From Candidatus Omnitrophota bacterium (GTDB taxonomy: Bacteria > Omnitrophota > Gorgyraeia > Zapsychrales > Zapsychraceae), in NCBI GenBank assembly GCA_035292445.1, contig DATDQB010000024.1, positions 267 to 64,266 of the forward strand: DNA of 64,000 nt, in the 5' to 3' direction. The notes under the pieces are model-generated. The model worked only from the letters and a program-made list of their open reading frames with translations. It did no database searches and was not told the DNA's origin. Within the stretch, counting starts at the first letter, position 1. Each line of letters opens with the position of its first letter. Shown piece by piece: positions 60,357 through 64,000 of the stretch. Position numbers and translations under genes: made by a program.

Positions 60357-60754
60357 TGGATAAAGAAAAGAAAAATCTTTTAGTTTTTGGTTACGGCCTT
60401 GCCGTGATCATCGCGTTTTTCGTCTGGCGCCATGGGGCCAAGCTTGGGTTTGATCTATTTTCATGGATATGGCTTGGCGTGGCGGCATTTTTGGCCTGTT
60501 TGACGGCTATCGATCATCAGCGGTTAAGGCCGTTTTACGCAAAATGGATGATCGGCGCGCATTTTATTGGAATGATCATCACAACGGTCATTTTAAGCTT
60601 GTTGTTTTATATCGTTTTCGGGATCGCCGGCATTGTCCTTAGGATCATAAGGAAAGACCTGCTGGATAGGGCATTGGACCCGCACAAGGGCTCTTATTGG
60701 ATCAAAAGGGAACAGGTCCCGTTTGATAAGGCCCAGTACACCAAACAATTTTAG
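60356..60754 (+). CDS. SxtJ-family membrane protein
   Basis: TM-rich; RPFYAKWM, RKDLL, SYWIKR, terminal KQF; follows the carbamoyltransferase. Confidence 0.8.
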   Translation: MDKEKKNLLVFGYGLAVIIAFFVWRHGAKLGFDLFSWIWLGVAAFLACLTAIDHQRLRPFYAKWMIGAHFIGMIITTVILSLLFYIVFGIAGIVLRIIRKDLLDRALDPHKGSYWIKREQVPFDKAQYTKQF

Positions 60755-60763
60755 GAAGGGCAT

Positions 60764-60922
60764 ATGTCAAAAACATCTATCGTTAAGGAATTCTGGGAAT
60801 TCATCAGGACAAGGAAAAAATTCTGGCTGGCGCCGATCATATTCATCCTGTTGGCCCTTAGCGCGCTCATTATTTTCGCGCAAGGCTCGGCGGTCGCGCC
60901 ATTCATTTACACGCTATTCTAA
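60764..60922 (+). CDS. SxtK/DUF5989-type small membrane protein (absent from the ORF track)
   Basis: MSKTSIVKEFWEFIRTRKKFWLAPIIFILL...GSAVAPFIYTLF, 52 aa, after AGGAAGG. Confidence 0.88.
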   Translation: MSKTSIVKEFWEFIRTRKKFWLAPIIFILLALSALIIFAQGSAVAPFIYTLF

Positions 60923-60937
60923 TGAAAGGAGATCGAC

Positions 60938-61333
60938 ATGGTTAATTCTTTTAGAAATACCCTTACGGTTTTACTTTTAACGCTCACGGTGATGACGACC
61001 TCCGGTTGTTTCGCGCTATTACTCGGCGCGGCGGCAGGGGCGGTCGGGACCGTGTACGTGCAGGGAGACCTGCAGAAAAGTTTTGAGCGCAATATCAAGG
61101 ATGTCCATAAGGTGGTTCTGGCCGTAATGAAATCAATGGATATTTTGGTCAAAAGCGATGAACTTAATTATGCCGATGCGAGCGTCAAAGGCGAGTATGA
61201 GGACGGAGAGGCCGTTACGGTCAGCATCAAAGCGCTGACGGAGAAAACGACCAAGGTCACGGTCCGTGTCGGCGTTTTCGGCGATGAGGTGAAGTCGAGC
61301 GAACTTATGAACAAGCTTGACCGGAAGATATAA
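60938..61333 (+). CDS. Lipoprotein, DUF3568-like
   Basis: Lipobox TSGC, GAAAGAVG, VRVGVFGD. Confidence 0.75.
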   Translation: MVNSFRNTLTVLLLTLTVMTTSGCFALLLGAAAGAVGTVYVQGDLQKSFERNIKDVHKVVLAVMKSMDILVKSDELNYADASVKGEYEDGEAVTVSIKALTEKTTKVTVRVGVFGDEVKSSELMNKLDRKI

Positions 61334-61345
61334 GAGATAATACGT

Positions 61346-62443
61346 TTGAAAGCAGATAACTTAAAAATCCTTCAAGTCGTCCACTCCCATGGTGCCGGCA
61401 CGCTGGAGCGGCTGGTCATCCAGCTTTCCCGCAAGCTGGTTGAGCGCGGGCAGGAGTTGGCGATCGTGTTTGTTAAAGAAGAGGGGGCGGATTTCCCCAG
61501 GGAACGGACGGAGGGCCTAAAGACCTATATATTAGAGAAGAAAAAGGGCTTTGACGGGCAGCTGATCGGGCGGTTACGGCAGCTCATCCTCAAAGAAGGG
61601 ATACATCTTGTCCATACGCATGATGCGGAGTCCGCTGTTTTCGGTACGCTGGCGGCGAAACTTTCTTTCAAGCCCTGCCTTCATACCAAACACGTCCGCG
61701 GGTACAGGCACATACCGGATTGGATCTATGGCTTGAATAACTTCGTCATCTGTGTTTCCGAGGACATCAAGAAAGACCTTTTAAGTGCGAACCACGTTGC
61801 CGAGAAGAAGATCCAGGTGGTCTATAACGGGATCGATATCGAGGCGATCGACCGTTCCTTGGATCCCGCCCAAAGGAAAGCGCTGCGTCAAAAACTTGGC
61901 TTCAGCGATGACGCTTTTGTCATCGGCAATATCGCCCGCTGCGTCAAGGAAGAGGACCAGGCTACCCTCATCAAGGCGCTCAAAAAAATGGCCAGCCGTG
62001 AGCTCAACGCCCAGCTTCTCATTGCCGGCGAAGGGCCGCTCAAGGATGAGCTGATGCGCATAGCCGATGAATACCAGGTCGCCTCGCGCGTCAAGATCGT
62101 CAATTATAACGGCCATTCCTCTGACATCCTTAATGCCATTGATTGTTTGATCCTAACGACTTTTAGCGAAGGCCGCCCGTTCACCCTGTTAGAGGCCATG
62201 GCGGCGCGCAAACCCGTGATCGCGACCTCCATAGGCGCCAACACGGAAGTCATTGAAGAGCGAAAGAACGGTTATCTGGTGCCGTGCGGCTTTCCCGAGC
62301 GGATCCATTCGGCCGTGATGCGGCTTAAGGCGATCGATAGTTTGGCATCTGAGATCGGTGAGGCTGGGCGAAAGAAGGTGGAGGAGGGCTTTACGTTAGA
62401 GCAGATGGCTCGTGGCTATTCAGAGCTATACACGCAGGTGTAG
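61346..62443 (+). CDS. Glycosyltransferase family 4
   Basis: VHTHD, VVYNGID, IAGEGPL, EGRPFTLLEAMA, G.LVP. Confidence 0.9.
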   Translation: MKADNLKILQVVHSHGAGTLERLVIQLSRKLVERGQELAIVFVKEEGADFPRERTEGLKTYILEKKKGFDGQLIGRLRQLILKEGIHLVHTHDAESAVFGTLAAKLSFKPCLHTKHVRGYRHIPDWIYGLNNFVICVSEDIKKDLLSANHVAEKKIQVVYNGIDIEAIDRSLDPAQRKALRQKLGFSDDAFVIGNIARCVKEEDQATLIKALKKMASRELNAQLLIAGEGPLKDELMRIADEYQVASRVKIVNYNGHSSDILNAIDCLILTTFSEGRPFTLLEAMAARKPVIATSIGANTEVIEERKNGYLVPCGFPERIHSAVMRLKAIDSLASEIGEAGRKKVEEGFTLEQMARGYSELYTQV

Positions 62444-62447
62444 TGAT

Positions 62448-62807
62448 CTATTTCTTTTCCCGCGAATAATCATCTTCGATCCGTTCAATATCATCTTCTG
62501 TCAAAGTCTTTCCGCAAGCAACTTCAATAAATACTAATGGTGTTTTGCCTGTATTGGCCATGCGGTGCACGGAACCGACCGGCACATCAATAATGGAGCC
62601 TGGGCCGATTGACACTTCTTGGCCGTCGATCGTTACAAGCCCGCGCCCGGTGACGACATTCCATTTTTCGGATCGAAATTTATGTTTTTGCAGGCTTAAA
62701 CGTTGCCCGGGATTGACCTCAACGCGTTTCACCCATACGCCTTCTTCCTGAAAGAATTTAATATAATTTCCCCAAGGCCGTTGAGTGATATTTATTTGGA
62801 TATCCAT
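62448..62807 (-). CDS. Stand-alone mannose-6-phosphate isomerase type II cupin domain
   Basis: RPWG, VNPGQRLSLQKHKFRSEKW, HRMAN, EDDIERIEDDY. Confidence 0.9.
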   Translation of the reverse strand: MDIQINITQRPWGNYIKFFQEEGVWVKRVEVNPGQRLSLQKHKFRSEKWNVVTGRGLVTIDGQEVSIGPGSIIDVPVGSVHRMANTGKTPLVFIEVACGKTLTEDDIERIEDDYSREKK

Positions 62808-62827
62808 ATTTATCCTTTATAAGATGA

Positions 62828-64000
62828 TTAATTTTTCCTTAAGTGTGATGGAAGGATATGAAGGTTCTGCCGGTACTTGCTCACCGTGCGCCGGGCCAGG
62901 TTGACGCCCTGGGAGGCGAAGTAGTTCTGGATGTCCTGGTCCGAGAGAGGCTTGGTCTTATCTTCGTCTTCGATAAGGAATTTGATCTCCTCTTTAAGGC
63001 TGCGGTTCGAAACAGGGGACGCCTGGGTCGTTTCCTTGATGCCGTGGGAGAAGAAGTATTTCAAGGGGAGAAGCCCCTGGGGGGTTTGCATGTATTTGTT
63101 GTTGATGGCGCGCGAAACGGTTGATTCGTTGCGGCCGATCGTGTCAGCGATTTCCTTAAGCGTCAGGGGTTTCAGGTCCATATGGTCGCCTTCGAAATAG
63201 GGCTTTTGGTGGCTGACTATGTATTCGGCGATGCGCCTGACGGTCTGGTTGCGCTGGTCAATGCTTTTCATGAATAATAGGGCGTTTTTGATCTTTTCTT
63301 GGATATATTCTTTTTCTGCGGAAGAGCGCATGGGATCATTGAGCATCTTGCGGTAAAACGGGCTGATGCGTAAATGCGGGATGTATTCGTTGTTGATCTG
63401 GATCTTATATTGTTCATCGTCCGTTTTAACGACCGTGATGTCCGGGCGGATGTACGTGTTTGCCTGGAGCGGGCGGTATTTGCGCGCGGGAATAGGTTCC
63501 AGCTGGGCAATGACTTGGGCGTATTCTTTGACCTTTTCAGAGGTCAGTTTCAGTTGCCGCGCGATCTCAATGTATTTTTTTTTGCTTATGTCTTCCAGGT
63601 GGTTATTGATAACCCTAAGGATGGTTTCGGCGCTGCCGTTGAAACGGTGGTTGGCCTGAATGAGAAGGCACTCCTTCAGGTCCCTGGCCGCGATCCCCAA
63701 TGGCTCAAAGTTCTGGATCATATGCAGCACCATCTCGACCGCTTGGGCGCTTTCTAACCCCAGCTTGTAAGCGATATCCTCACAGCTTGATTTAAAGTAA
63801 CCGTTCTCATCCAGGTTGCCGATGATCAATTCCCCGATCTCCAACTCCATCGTATCGCTCAATTCCAAATGCAGTTGCTCCAAAAGATAATCTTCCAAAG
63901 GAACGGCTTGGGCTATCGGCCTTTCTTCCTGCGCATCATCATCCGGTGAGGCCGGGTCATAAATAGGGGTAGGCGTGGATTCTTTCATTCTTTTGAAATT
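62828..64000 (-). CDS. rpoN: RNA polymerase sigma-54 factor, 5' truncated
   Basis: IIGNLDENGY, GIAARDLKECL, PLTLKEIA, ESTVSRA, PLSDQ, RpoN box ARRTVSKYR; frame stays open to the window edge. Confidence 0.96.
   Translation of the reverse strand, partial: NFKRMKESTPTPIYDPASPDDDAQEERPIAQAVPLEDYLLEQLHLELSDTMELEIGELIIGNLDENGYFKSSCEDIAYKLGLESAQAVEMVLHMIQNFEPLGIAARDLKECLLIQANHRFNGSAETILRVINNHLEDISKKKYIEIARQLKLTSEKVKEYAQVIAQLEPIPARKYRPLQANTYIRPDITVVKTDDEQYKIQINNEYIPHLRISPFYRKMLNDPMRSSAEKEYIQEKIKNALLFMKSIDQRNQTVRRIAEYIVSHQKPYFEGDHMDLKPLTLKEIADTIGRNESTVSRAINNKYMQTPQGLLPLKYFFSHGIKETTQASPVSNRSLKEEIKFLIEDEDKTKPLSDQDIQNYFASQGVNLARRTVSKYRQNLHILPSHLRKN

Noticed and set aside
58527-60922. Saxitoxin biosynthesis (sxtI/J/K-like)
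   Set aside because: The trio is widespread outside toxin clusters and no sxtA/sxtG-like genes are present.

Overview
Bacterial window, probably diderm; gene content suggests the PVC superphylum, possibly Candidatus Omnitrophota (inference only). The first ~26 kb is one tightly packed + strand gene run. It starts with the 3' part of a giant acidic protein made of 218 in-register 13-aa GINWxDI repeats, followed by a membrane-anchored exported protein with an internal duplication. Next is a divergent, rearranged F-type ATPase set (alpha, truncated epsilon, two different c-like subunits, b-delta fusion, gamma, beta; no subunit a). This runs directly into type II secretion/type IV filament genes (GspE with a PilZ domain, GspF, zinc peptidase, GspG, pseudopilins, GspK, PilMN, PilO, TPR protein). 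A convergent STT3-type oligosaccharyltransferase with an altered WWD motif closes the block. This block is the best candidate for an undescribed system: an F1-like motor coupled to secretion or deployment of a giant, possibly glycosylated, surface protein. The rest contains a PEP-CTERM gene with a sigma54 promoter and phased repeats, a c-di-GMP-I riboswitch carrying a 60-nt double-hairpin insert ahead of minor pilins, purU, tRNA-Lys(CTT), pentose phosphate genes, a beta-oxidation cluster with a cNMP-patatin, an NSS transporter, a hemC-cobA-hemD fusion, hemL, a carbamoyltransferase-SxtJ-SxtK trio, a GT4 and a partial rpoN. Intergenic spaces hold three repeat classes, including heptamer inverted arrays that are either empty or enclose four-helix-bundle genes. 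All calls come from motif recognition by eye; no searches were run.
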